Of a stretch of DNA of 32,000 bases, positions 1-9,048 are shown one piece after another. A model generated the notes under the pieces. The model searched no databases. It was given only the letters and a program-made list of their open reading frames with translations, and had not been told where the DNA came from. Origin of the DNA: Geotalea uraniireducens Rf4. GTDB taxonomy: Bacteria; Desulfobacterota; Desulfuromonadia; Geobacterales; Geobacteraceae. The stretch is from positions 4,140,001-4,172,000 of the forward strand of contig NC_009483.1 in the NCBI RefSeq assembly GCF_000016745.1, given 5' to 3'. Numbering within the stretch: position 1 is the stretch's first letter; each line of letters starts with the position of its first letter. Both the position numbers and the translations under genes were made by a program.

Positions 1-213
1 GGGATAGAAGCCAATGTGATTCTTGAATGCCGCGAAATGCACCAGATTGCCATTAAGATAAAAGGTAGGCATTTGATAGCTGATCTTCTCAATGGCTTGT
101 GGAGCTGCCAGCTGGATCGTCGAACGCATTTCCGTCAGGAGGGCCTGTATCTCCTTTGGAAATTCTTGAATGTACTGATCAATTGATTTCATGTCGGAGC
201 TCGGACGAATCAT
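1..213 (-). CDS. DUF1801 (YdhG-like) domain protein, C-terminus cut by window edge
   Basis: Not in the ORF track because it runs off the window. Reverse-strand translation from the ATG at 211-213 gives MIRPSSDMKSIDQYIQEFPKEIQALLTEMRSTIQLAAPQAIEKISYQMPTFYLNGNLVHFAAFKNHIGFYP. An AAGGAG SD (rc of 221-226) precedes it. The sequence resembles DUF1801 N-termini from memory. Confidence 0.6.
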   Translation of the reverse strand, partial: MIRPSSDMKSIDQYIQEFPKEIQALLTEMRSTIQLAAPQAIEKISYQMPTFYLNGNLVHFAAFKNHIGFYP

Positions 214-276
214 CTTGATTCTCCTTTATCGGTATGTTGAGAACCGCCACCGGTTCTTGCCCATGGTGCCCCTCCG

Positions 277-363
277 CTAACGGCTGACTTCGCGTACGAA
301 GCGGGAAAGTTCATCGTTGAAACGGACGGTATCGTCGAAGAACGGCGCATGGCCTGCCTCACA
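277..363 (-). pseudogene. C-terminal remnant of an alpha/beta-hydrolase gene
   Basis: The reverse strand reads EAGHAPFFDDTVRFNDELSRFVREVSR-stop. This is the typical last helix region of alpha/beta hydrolases (GH.P...P..F). The frame has TGA stops immediately upstream, so no intact ORF exists. Confidence 0.35.
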
Positions 364-426
364 GAATGTTCAGAATCTTCATGGTGAATACCTGCTCTCT
401 ATCCTGAAATAGAACTCTGCCGCCGC

Positions 427-1083
427 CTACTCGCTCCTTTTTCCGGCTAGTCTGGCTCCCAGCTCATACGCTCTTTTGCAGTCCAGGGGAAATACCTCCT
501 CGCGCCGTTGCGCCTTATGGACGGGATCGAAGCTCTCCATCAATACCTTCGAATAATCATTGAACTGGCAGGTGTCAAAGCTGCAGAGCGACTCGGCCTG
601 CTGCCCGAAGATCAGTTGCAGGTAACGTGCATGGGAGTTGAAGAGGTACTCGTAGCCGAACACCTTGCTCTGCTCTTCCGCAACATTCATCGTATAGATA
701 AAGCCGGTGGCGATTTTCCTGGGAGCTATGGAGGCATACGGCACGGTATAGGTCAGGTACGGGAACAGCAAACGTTCGAGAAAGGAGCGCGTCTCGCCGG
801 TCACCGAGCCGAAATAGATCGGCGAACCGATGATTATGGCATCGGCGTCAACGATCTTTTTAAGAATCGGCGTCAGGCCATCGTTCAATCCACAGGTTCC
901 ATAGCTTTTGCCGCCTTTGGTCTTACAGGCGAAACAGCTCATGCACCCCTTGAAATCAAGGTCATACAGGTGGATAAGCTCCGTCTCGGCTCCTTGGGCG
1001 ACAGCGCCTTCCAGAGCCTTGGTCAGCAGGGTTGCCGTATTCCACTTTTTTCTTGGGCTTCCGTTGATACCGATGACAGTCAT
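427..1083 (-). CDS. flavodoxin-fold NADPH-dependent FMN reductase, iron-sulfur flavoprotein-like
   Basis: 218 aa. The N-terminus VIGINGSPRKKWNT and the GSPIYFGS motif fit an FMN reductase fold. It carries a compact Cys cluster CMSCFACKTKGGKSYGTC. Confidence 0.85.
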   Translation of the reverse strand: MTVIGINGSPRKKWNTATLLTKALEGAVAQGAETELIHLYDLDFKGCMSCFACKTKGGKSYGTCGLNDGLTPILKKIVDADAIIIGSPIYFGSVTGETRSFLERLLFPYLTYTVPYASIAPRKIATGFIYTMNVAEEQSKVFGYEYLFNSHARYLQLIFGQQAESLCSFDTCQFNDYSKVLMESFDPVHKAQRREEVFPLDCKRAYELGARLAGKRSE

Positions 1084-1149
1084 TTGATTTTCTCCTCTCC
1101 AGGTGTCTTTTACGCTGAATACAACCAGACGGTGGCTTCGGCGAAAACG

Positions 1150-1512
1150 TTATTCCGATCCTTTTGGCACAGAAACACCAAGTATGGCGAGGCGTTCGGA
1201 AAGCCGGCGGCGCCGTTCGGTAAGGAGGTTGATCATTTCGTCAAGCTCTTGCAGTTTTGCAATGTGCTTGGCGGTGCATTTCTGCGGATCGATATTCCCG
1301 TTTTCCAGACAGGGCAAAAACTCTCGAATTTGCCGCGTGCTGAAACCGCATGCAAGCAGGTCCCTGACCCATTGCACTCTCTCCACGGCATGAAAATGGT
1401 AGTCCCGGTAGCCGTTGGAAAGCCGTTGCGATTTGATCAACCCCTGAGTCTCATAGTGTCGTAAGACGCGGACGCTTACTCCAGTCTTTGATGCCAACTC
1501 ACCTATTCTCAT
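1150..1512 (-). CDS. MerR family transcriptional regulator
   Basis: MRIGELASKTGVSVRVLRHYETQGLI is a canonical MerR HTH, followed by a coiled-coil C-terminus. The ORF track starts at a GTG at 1521. The ATG at 1512 gives the usual MRIGEL N-terminus. Confidence 0.9.
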   Translation of the reverse strand: MRIGELASKTGVSVRVLRHYETQGLIKSQRLSNGYRDYHFHAVERVQWVRDLLACGFSTRQIREFLPCLENGNIDPQKCTAKHIAKLQELDEMINLLTERRRRLSERLAILGVSVPKGSE

Positions 1513-1540
1513 CGCATTCACCTAAAACCAGGATACAACA

Positions 1541-1562
1541 TTGACACTAATGTTAGGGTCAA
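1541..1562. promoter_or_regulatory. 22-bp imperfect palindrome, candidate MerR operator
   Basis: TTGACACTAATGTTAGGGTCAA has outer arms TTGAC/GTCAA and inner arms CTAA/TTAG. It lies about 30 bp upstream of the merR-like start. The reverse strand gives TTGACC as a possible -35, but the spacer to TATCCT is about 21 nt, so the promoter assignment is uncertain. Confidence 0.35.
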
Positions 1563-1719
1563 GAGGGTTTTTAGTGCCTTGGAAGCTTATCGACATCACG
1601 TTCGTTAAATGCATCAACCCAAGCTTTCACAAGTTCTTTTGGTCGCATCAACTGATTCCTCTCCTGTCACGGCCCCACTCGTTATAAAGGGGGCCGGGGT
1701 GCAGTACAAGCGCGTCCCG

Positions 1720-2262
1720 TTAAAAATTTTCTTTCGCTAACGCCAAGATTTTGCTCACGGTCCGCCAGTTTCGACCCGTCATCAGGACACCCAGCAATTT
1801 TTCGGCATTTGCGCCCAGTTTGGACCTGCCGATGCCGTCAGGAGCATGCAGGTAGAAAACTTTGTCTTTCAGTTCGTATCGTTCGTTTTCGCTCCTTAGT
1901 TTCTCAAGCCCTTTAAGATCAGGGTTTACAGGTATAGAGCTCAAAAAATTCAGGTGCAGCGTATTGGGTTCGGTTACAGCTTCAGGGAACGGGTTCGCTG
2001 CCATCGCTTTTTCCATTTCCGTTATTTCCATCAGGAGTACGCAGGGTTCAAAACCGTGGCGTCTTTTGATCTCGGAGCGGATGGTGTCTGCAAGCCGCAA
2101 AATGTTGTCTGCTGTGCTCCGAAAGACCGCATTGCCGCTTTGGATATAGGTTTTGACCTGTTGGAGACCAAGACTTTCAAGAAGAGTTACGAGTTCCTTC
2201 ATCGGCAGGATATTGTTTCCTCCGACGTTGATCCCCCTGAACAGTGCTATGTATATCTTCAT
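1720..2262 (-). CDS. DUF1697 domain protein
   Basis: MKIYIALFRGINVGGNNILPMKELV is the signature DUF1697 N-terminus. The ORF track's GTG at 2271 would add 3 aa. Confidence 0.8.
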   Translation of the reverse strand: MKIYIALFRGINVGGNNILPMKELVTLLESLGLQQVKTYIQSGNAVFRSTADNILRLADTIRSEIKRRHGFEPCVLLMEITEMEKAMAANPFPEAVTEPNTLHLNFLSSIPVNPDLKGLEKLRSENERYELKDKVFYLHAPDGIGRSKLGANAEKLLGVLMTGRNWRTVSKILALAKENF

Positions 2263-2382
2263 TCTCCCCACCGAAATATGAACCAGGCTTTACCTGGACA
2301 GATCTGCGCAAGATTGTTCCCAGTATCCCCTTACAGCCAGCTATCGAAGGCGTAATGAGCAAAGGCCCTGTTTCCCTCCTTG

Positions 2383-3371
<989 letters not shown>

Positions 3372-3375
<4 letters not shown>

Positions 3376-3926
3376 TCTCCTTCTGCGTCTGCGGTGCGGG
3401 CTGTGTCCAGCCCGGCGCGAATCTTGGCCAAAAGCCCGTTCAACTGTGTCCGTTCCGCTTCGTCAAGCATGGACATAATCCGGCTAACCCTCTGGTAGTG
3501 CTGTGGCAAAACCTGATCCAGCAGCTCTTGTCCGACAGTGGTGATGGTCACCACAAAAATTCGCCGGTCCTGCTCGTCCGTTTCCCGCGTCACCAGCCCG
3601 GCATTGAGCAGGCCGTCCACCACGCCGGTCATGGTGGGACAGGAGACGCCGGTCCCCGCGGCGAGTTGCGATACCTTCAGCCCGTACGGGTTGCGCATCA
3701 GCAGGATCAGCACAAAGAACTTGCGCTGGGAGAGATTGTGGCGGGCTAGAAACTGGTCCAGATCATTCTGGCAGTCGCCGGAAACCCGCATCAGGGTCAG
3801 CCATGTCTCCAACGCCGGGATCTCAAGCATGGGGTAGCGCTGTGCCAGCTTGGCAATGGTGCTGCTATCAGGCAGATCTACGATATCAAACATCCGGATG
3901 ACCTCGACTTTTTGCTTAGTAACCAT
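3372..3926 (-). CDS. MarR family transcriptional regulator
   Basis: A winged-helix core is present ([13 protein letters not shown]...[38 protein letters not shown]). The alternative start at the ATG at 3893 (MFDIVDL) has a better SD (GAGG) than the start at 3926. Confidence 0.88.
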
Positions 3927-3929
3927 ATA

Positions 3930-3943
3930 TTTAGCCAGCTAAA
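3930..3943. promoter_or_regulatory. short palindrome TTTAGCCAGCTAAA, possible MarR operator
   Basis: A near-perfect dyad lies directly upstream of the MarR ORF. The assignment rests on position only. Confidence 0.25.
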
Positions 3944-4004
3944 CAAATTTGTCAAGAGAGAAATTTGCTGTCGTCCTTTACATTTTTGGAGTTGGTATGA
4001 AGGT

Positions 4005-4027
4005 CCCCCCCGGCTATGCCGGGGGGG
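4005..4027. terminator. GC hairpin CCCCCCCGGC-TAT-GCCGGGGGGG downstream of the DJ-1 gene
   Basis: A perfect 10-bp stem with a 3-nt loop lies 90 nt after the stop at 4115. The minus-strand transcript has no clean U-tract, so this is a weak intrinsic-terminator call. Confidence 0.4.
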
Positions 4028-4114
4028 GTATTTGTCTCGCTTTAACACTTCTGAATATGTAGTTGCCGGCTCTGGACATACCTGCAAGCCAAAGAACTCC
4101 GCGGCAATTCCATC

Positions 4115-4711
4115 TCAGACTTCCGCGGCGTAGGGAGGCGCCGGGTGATAGTCGAGGAGGTGCTGCACCTCACGGGCATGGGAAGCGCCGTAGAGCTGGC
4201 CCACTAGCCAAAGGGCCTGGTCGATCCCGGCGGTAACCCCGGCGCTGGTGACAAGATTGCCGTCGGCCACGTAGCGTACCCCTTCCAGTACAGTAGCGCC
4301 GCCCATCCGGCGCACCTCTTCAATCGCTCCCCAGTGGGTCGTCACCCGTTTCCCCAGGGCAACGCCGGATGCCAGCAGAATGGCGGTTCCGGTACAGACA
4401 CCGGCGGTCCATAGGCAGCCGGCACTCGTGCTCTTCACCCATTCCAGCAGCTGACTGTTTTTTACCTGGGGAGTCGGATCGGCGGTGCCGGGGACAAACA
4501 GGATGTCCGGGCGGGGAGCTGTGGCAAAGGTGTAGTCAGGAATCACCTTGAGACCGCCTAAGCAGGTAACTGCCCCCTCCGTAGCGCTGACCGTGTAGAC
4601 TTCGTCGTCAGGATGACCTAGGTGTCGAGAGGCAAAAAATACGTCTTTGGGGGCGACAAAATCGAGTTCGGCTACTCCGTCAAATATTAGAAATGCTGTT
4701 TTCAGTGCCAT
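4115..4711 (-). CDS. DJ-1/PfpI family protein
   Basis: 198 aa. It has a nucleophile-elbow Cys (AGVCTGTAILLASG) and a TTHW motif. It lies 23 nt downstream of the GlxA-type regulator. Confidence 0.9.
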   Translation of the reverse strand: MALKTAFLIFDGVAELDFVAPKDVFFASRHLGHPDDEVYTVSATEGAVTCLGGLKVIPDYTFATAPRPDILFVPGTADPTPQVKNSQLLEWVKSTSAGCLWTAGVCTGTAILLASGVALGKRVTTHWGAIEEVRRMGGATVLEGVRYVADGNLVTSAGVTAGIDQALWLVGQLYGASHAREVQHLLDYHPAPPYAAEV

Positions 4712-4734
4712 ATAGTGATTTCTCCTTTGTAGGA

Positions 4735-5745
4735 TTAGTCGGTTCCTGTCCAGAACCGGTCCCGGTATTCACCGGGGGTGATCTTGAAGCAGCGCACAAA
4801 GGCCAGCCGAAAGTGTTCGCCTGACTGAAAACCGCACTCCCGGGCGATGGTTTCCAGTGCATGACGAGTTTCCTCAAGCAACTTCACGGCTGCTTCAAGG
4901 CGAATTTTTTCAATGAAGCGGGCCGGTGCAATTCCGGTTTCCCGCTTGAAGACCCGTGCAAAATTCCGCAGACTCATAGCCGCATGTGCGGCCAGAGATT
5001 CATTGGTCAGGTCACTCCGGTAATTTTCGCGTATCCATTGTACTGTCGGCGCCAGTGTTCCACCCTCGCAGTACTGGGCAAAGAGGCTTGTGCTGAACTG
5101 GGACTGTCCGCCAGGTCGTTTGAAATACAACACCATCATCCGCGCGACATTCAACGCCAGCAAGCGGCCGAAATCTTCCTCCACCAATGCCAACGCAAGG
5201 TCGATCCCCGCGGTTATTCCCGCCGAGGTATAGATTGAACCATCCTTGATATAGATGGAATCGGCATCGATGCCGATCTGCGGAAACCGCTGCCGAAACT
5301 CTTCGGCCATGCGCCAATGGGTTGTCGCCCGCCGTCCATCCAATAACCCCGCCCTGGCAAGCACGAAGGCCCCGGTACATATCGACCCCAATCGTCGAGT
5401 ATGCGGAGCAATCTGACGAATCCAGTCCACCAGAGCTTCCGAAACATCCTCTGCCATTGGACCGCCAGCCACAAGGAGAGTATCCGTCTCTGAACAGGAA
5501 GACCATGAGGTATCAGCCAAGAGCCTGACACCAGACGCCGTGACAACTACGGCATCTTTCTCCTCGGCCACGATCTCGGTCAGGTAGGCGGGTGTTTCTC
5601 TGCCGCTCTCCAGAAGAAGAGCATTGGCAATCGTAAAAACATCCAGTGGCCCCGTAATATCAAGTATGTCGGCGCCATTAAAGGCGACCATCGACACAAG
5701 TCTTGGCGTCTCGTTGCCGTTATGTTTGTGGGAAGCTCGTTTCAT
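4735..5745 (-). CDS. GlxA-family regulator (DJ-1/PfpI N-domain + AraC HTH)
   Basis: 336 aa. The N-terminal DJ-1-like domain carries GSICTGAFVLARAGLLDGRRATTHW. The C-terminal AraC-type HTH carries SLRNFARVFKRETGIAPARFIEKIRLEAA. Confidence 0.9.
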   Translation of the reverse strand: MKRASHKHNGNETPRLVSMVAFNGADILDITGPLDVFTIANALLLESGRETPAYLTEIVAEEKDAVVVTASGVRLLADTSWSSCSETDTLLVAGGPMAEDVSEALVDWIRQIAPHTRRLGSICTGAFVLARAGLLDGRRATTHWRMAEEFRQRFPQIGIDADSIYIKDGSIYTSAGITAGIDLALALVEEDFGRLLALNVARMMVLYFKRPGGQSQFSTSLFAQYCEGGTLAPTVQWIRENYRSDLTNESLAAHAAMSLRNFARVFKRETGIAPARFIEKIRLEAAVKLLEETRHALETIARECGFQSGEHFRLAFVRCFKITPGEYRDRFWTGTD

Positions 5746-5929
5746 GATGCCAGCTTATCGTGAGAATGCTTGTGGCACAATGACAAAAAACAGGAAATTT
5801 CGGCCAAATATGGAGGAGAGGAAATATGGGGGAGAGGTCAGGGTTAAACCGCAAAGAAACGAATTTTGGCGGCTCTTTCACCTCATTCGCCCTGCTCCCG
5901 GCGGTTTCTGCTTTCCAGTGCGGCTATCC

Positions 5930-6553
5930 TCAGATCCGCCTCTCCAGGCTCTCGGGATAGGGGTACTCCATGTGTCGTGCGGTCGAGCGGGCGATCTCCT
6001 CGCCGTAGTATTCCGCGGTCACCAAAAGCGCCAGGTCGATGCCGGCCGAGATGCCGGCCGAGGTGAACAGATTCCCGTCCCGTACCACGTGCAGCCGCTC
6101 CTCCACCATTACATCCGGGAACGATTCCCGCATCCAGCCAAGCGACTTCCAGTGGGTCGTGGCATGCCGCCCGGCCAGCAGTCCGGCCTTGCCCAGCAGC
6201 ATGGAGCCGGTGCAGACCGAGGTGAGGGTTTTCACCTCCCTGGCCCTTTCTGCGATCCAGGCCAGAAGCCGCTCGTTGTTGATCTCTCGCCGCGTACCCC
6301 AGCCGCCCGGCACCAGCAGGATGTCCAGCGGCGGGCAGTCCGCAGTGGTCACATCCGGCAGCACCCGCATCCCCCCGCTGGTCCTGATAGCGTCGGCCTT
6401 TTCCGCCACCAGCAGGACATGGAATGGGGACGGTTCCTCCCTGCGCCGCTCCTCGTTCAGCCGCACCGAGCAGAAGACCTCGTAGGGGCCGCAGTAGTCC
6501 AGCACTTCCACATCGTCGAAGATCAGTATGCCGACCTTTTTTCGCTCCTGCAT
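5930..6553 (-). CDS. DJ-1/PfpI family protein (second paralog)
   Basis: Start trimmed to the ATG at 6553 (MQERKKVGILIFDDVEVLD). The track's start at 6790 would overlap the upstream gene. Motifs SVCTGSMLLGKAGLL and ATTHW are present. Confidence 0.88.
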   Translation of the reverse strand: MQERKKVGILIFDDVEVLDYCGPYEVFCSVRLNEERRREEPSPFHVLLVAEKADAIRTSGGMRVLPDVTTADCPPLDILLVPGGWGTRREINNERLLAWIAERAREVKTLTSVCTGSMLLGKAGLLAGRHATTHWKSLGWMRESFPDVMVEERLHVVRDGNLFTSAGISAGIDLALLVTAEYYGEEIARSTARHMEYPYPESLERRI

Positions 6554-6587
6554 GATCACCCTCCTTTGCTTGGCCTGATTGCGCCCC

Positions 6588-7607
6588 TTAGGCAAGATCG
6601 ACCCCGCTTTGATTTTGTAGCCGTTCCACGCTTCGCTGATACCCTTTTTCACTGTTGTAGCCGCGTTCGCCGAACGGCTGCAGCTTCTCCAGCCAATGCA
6701 GCTCCAGTGCGTCCAAAGACTGCTCGATAGTATCTCCCGGCTCCGGTTTGTCCAGAACGGCAAGCACGGAAAACTCGAAACTGTCCGCACCGTATTGGTT
6801 CAGATCCTTTTGCAGCTCCCTGTTGAAGACGATCTTCCCCATCCGTAACTGAAACAGCCTGCTGTTGCGAGTCCCGTCAAGATTTTTGCTGCTGCCGACA
6901 TAGATTCTTCCGTTTGCCTTGTTCCTGATCTGGTATACCCCCATCTCGGGGGAGTTCTGCTTATAGTCCCGTTTGATTTCCGCGCGGTTGGTCACGTTCT
7001 CCGAACCTTTCCCGTTCTGCGACGGCAAAGCCTGTTGCCCTGCCTGATCGCCGGCTTTTTTCTTCCGCCAGTAAGTTGCACCTTCCCTGCGGATCAGACT
7101 CTCATCCACCAGCAGGCGGCGGATGGTGCAGTAGTCGTCGAAAAGCGGGATGATGAGCCCGGTTACCTCCTGCTCGCTGTAGCGGCGCTCCGGCTCAAAG
7201 CGTGCGGTAAACTGTTCCAGCACGATGAGCCGCTTTTTGTGCTGCGCAGGCAACTTCTCCAGCCTGCCGTGGCGGAAGAACGACTCCAGCACCTTGCGCC
7301 GGAACTCCTCCATTCGCCCGTCCTGTAGCTCCTTGCCGATAGTGGGGGCCGAAACGATCTCCCGCAACGTGGTGTCGAATATGGCGTCGTTTGCCTCGAT
7401 GACAACGTAGTACTGCTCCTTGCGGCTGCTGACGAGACCCGCCTGTTCCAGCTTTTTCAGGTGGAAAGAGACGGTCGAAGGGGCAAGGGCGTGGCGTCTG
7501 GCGATCTCCTCCACATATTGGGAGCTCTCCAGAAGGGAGTTGACAATTGCCAGCCGCGACTGATCCGCAAGGGCCTTCATGATGGCAATGCTCTGATCGG
7601 TTTTCAT
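6588..7607 (-). CDS. ArsR-type HTH / DUF2087-like / GIY-YIG nuclease-domain fusion protein
   Basis: 339 aa. The N-terminus LADQSRLAIVNSL...VEEIARRHALAPSTVSFHLKKLEQAGLV is an ArsR/SmtB HTH. The middle region (RLEKLPAQHKKRLIVLEQFTARFEPERRYSEQEVTGLI) looks like DUF2087. The C-terminus GVYQIRNKANGRIYVGSSKNLDGTRNSR...FEFSVL is a GIY-YIG core. Confidence 0.8.
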   Translation of the reverse strand: MKTDQSIAIMKALADQSRLAIVNSLLESSQYVEEIARRHALAPSTVSFHLKKLEQAGLVSSRKEQYYVVIEANDAIFDTTLREIVSAPTIGKELQDGRMEEFRRKVLESFFRHGRLEKLPAQHKKRLIVLEQFTARFEPERRYSEQEVTGLIIPLFDDYCTIRRLLVDESLIRREGATYWRKKKAGDQAGQQALPSQNGKGSENVTNRAEIKRDYKQNSPEMGVYQIRNKANGRIYVGSSKNLDGTRNSRLFQLRMGKIVFNRELQKDLNQYGADSFEFSVLAVLDKPEPGDTIEQSLDALELHWLEKLQPFGERGYNSEKGYQRSVERLQNQSGVDLA

Positions 7608-7619
7608 ACGGTGCCTCCT

Positions 7620-7639
7620 GATTCGATATTTGTCGAATC
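7620..7639. promoter_or_regulatory. palindrome GATTCGA-N6-TCGAATC, candidate ArsR-type operator
   Basis: Perfect 7-bp arms abut the SD of the ArsR-fusion gene. Further half-sites are TCGAATC at 7686-7692 and GATTCGA at 7788-7794, in the divergent intergenic region. Confidence 0.4.
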
Positions 7640-7827
7640 AAAATATACAATAAGGCAACCGGCTGTCAATCTGTTTTTATGTTTATCGAATCATAATTTC
7701 GTACAGCCCTTTCAGGAGCTGCATTCAAGGATACCGGAGCAAAGGGAGAAAACCGCGGCAATTTATGAAGCAGAGCTGAGTACCCTCGATTCGAACTTTT
7801 GCAGACACCTGAAATCCCAGGGAATCA

Positions 7828-7836
7828 TGGTATAAT
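7828..7836 (+). promoter_or_regulatory. extended -10 promoter element TGgTATAAT
   Basis: A perfect TATAAT sits at 7831-7836 with a TG at 7828-7829, about 45 nt upstream of the ADH start. The -35 is weak. Confidence 0.45.
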
Positions 7837-7881
7837 TCCTGGAAACGGCCTCTTTATTCATTCAGGCAGAGGTAATTCAGC

Positions 7882-9048
7882 ATGATGGAACCGAATGAGT
7901 TTGAATTGCGTAAATTCGTCGCTCCCGAATTTATCTTCGGTATCGATGCCCGGAAATTGGCCGGCCGCTATGCGAAAAACTTCGGCGCCCGCAAGGTGCT
8001 GGTGGTGACCGACCCGGGAGTGACTGCGGCCGGATGGGCGGACGACGTCTCAGCTTACCTGAGGGAAGAAGGTCTGGAATATGCCGTCTATTCTTCGGTC
8101 ACCAGCAATCCCAAGGCAGATGAAGTCAATGCCGGGGCAGAACTGTATCGACGGGAAAGGTGCAACGCCATTGTCGCGGTCGGGGGAGGCAGTCCGATGG
8201 ATTGCGCCAAGGGGATCGGCATTGTCAGTTCCAACAAGAAGAATGTCACCGAATTCGAGGGGGTGGACAAGGTGGAATTTCCCAGTCCGCCATTGATCTG
8301 CATTCCTACCACTGCCGGCTCTTCCGCTGACGTTTCCCAGTTCGCCATCATCACGGATACCCGAAGAAAGGCAAAAATTGCCATCATCAGCAAGATGGTC
8401 GTCCCCGATGTCGCCCTGATCGATCCGGTGACCACTACCACAATGCCCCCGGAGCTTACGGCCTGTACGGCAACTGATGCCCTCTGCCATGCCATCGAAG
8501 CGTTTGTCTCCACGGCCCATTCGCCGATCACCGACGTGCACGCTTTACAGGCGATACGCCTCATTACGAGGAATCTGCTGCCGACGCTAAAAGAGCCGGA
8601 CAACATTGTGCTGCGCGGCAGGATGATGCTGGCAAGCCTGGAGGCGGGACTGGCATTTTCCAATGCCAGCCTGGGAGCAGTTCATGCGCTGGCACACAGC
8701 CTGGGCGGACTCCTGGACTGCCCCCACGGCGAATGCAATGCAATTCTTCTTCCTTACGTCATTGACTTCAACTTCGATACTGTCCCGGACCGTTACCGGG
8801 AGATCGGGAGAATGATGGGGCTGGAGGTGAGCGGCATGGCGCCGGCCCAGGTAAGATCGGCCATCACATCTGCAATCAATCGCATGAATGAGGCCACTGG
8901 AATTTCCTACACCCTCAGCCAGTTGGGTGTTAAAGAAAGCGACATCCCCGAACTTGCCGAAAAAGCGATCAACGACGCGTGCATCTTCACCAATCCGCGC
9001 CAGCCGACACGGCAGGATATCGAGGCCATCTATGAAAAAGCCCTCTGA
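7882..9048 (+). CDS. iron-containing (group III) alcohol dehydrogenase
   Basis: 388 aa. It has GGGSPMDCAKGI and metal-binding His motifs (ALCHAIEAF, GAVHALAHSLGG, PHGECNA). Confidence 0.93.
   Translation: MMEPNEFELRKFVAPEFIFGIDARKLAGRYAKNFGARKVLVVTDPGVTAAGWADDVSAYLREEGLEYAVYSSVTSNPKADEVNAGAELYRRERCNAIVAVGGGSPMDCAKGIGIVSSNKKNVTEFEGVDKVEFPSPPLICIPTTAGSSADVSQFAIITDTRRKAKIAIISKMVVPDVALIDPVTTTTMPPELTACTATDALCHAIEAFVSTAHSPITDVHALQAIRLITRNLLPTLKEPDNIVLRGRMMLASLEAGLAFSNASLGAVHALAHSLGGLLDCPHGECNAILLPYVIDFNFDTVPDRYREIGRMMGLEVSGMAPAQVRSAITSAINRMNEATGISYTLSQLGVKESDIPELAEKAINDACIFTNPRQPTRQDIEAIYEKAL

Noticed and set aside
5930-6790. Long N-terminal extensions offered by the ORF track. Examples: the DJ-1 start at 6790, PP2C at 8888, the crotonase at 10282, ALDH at 14097, MoaB at 17070 and TupA at 21657.
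   Set aside because: The extensions overlap upstream genes or lack an SD. Internal ATGs preceded by good SDs give family-typical N-termini or a signal peptide.
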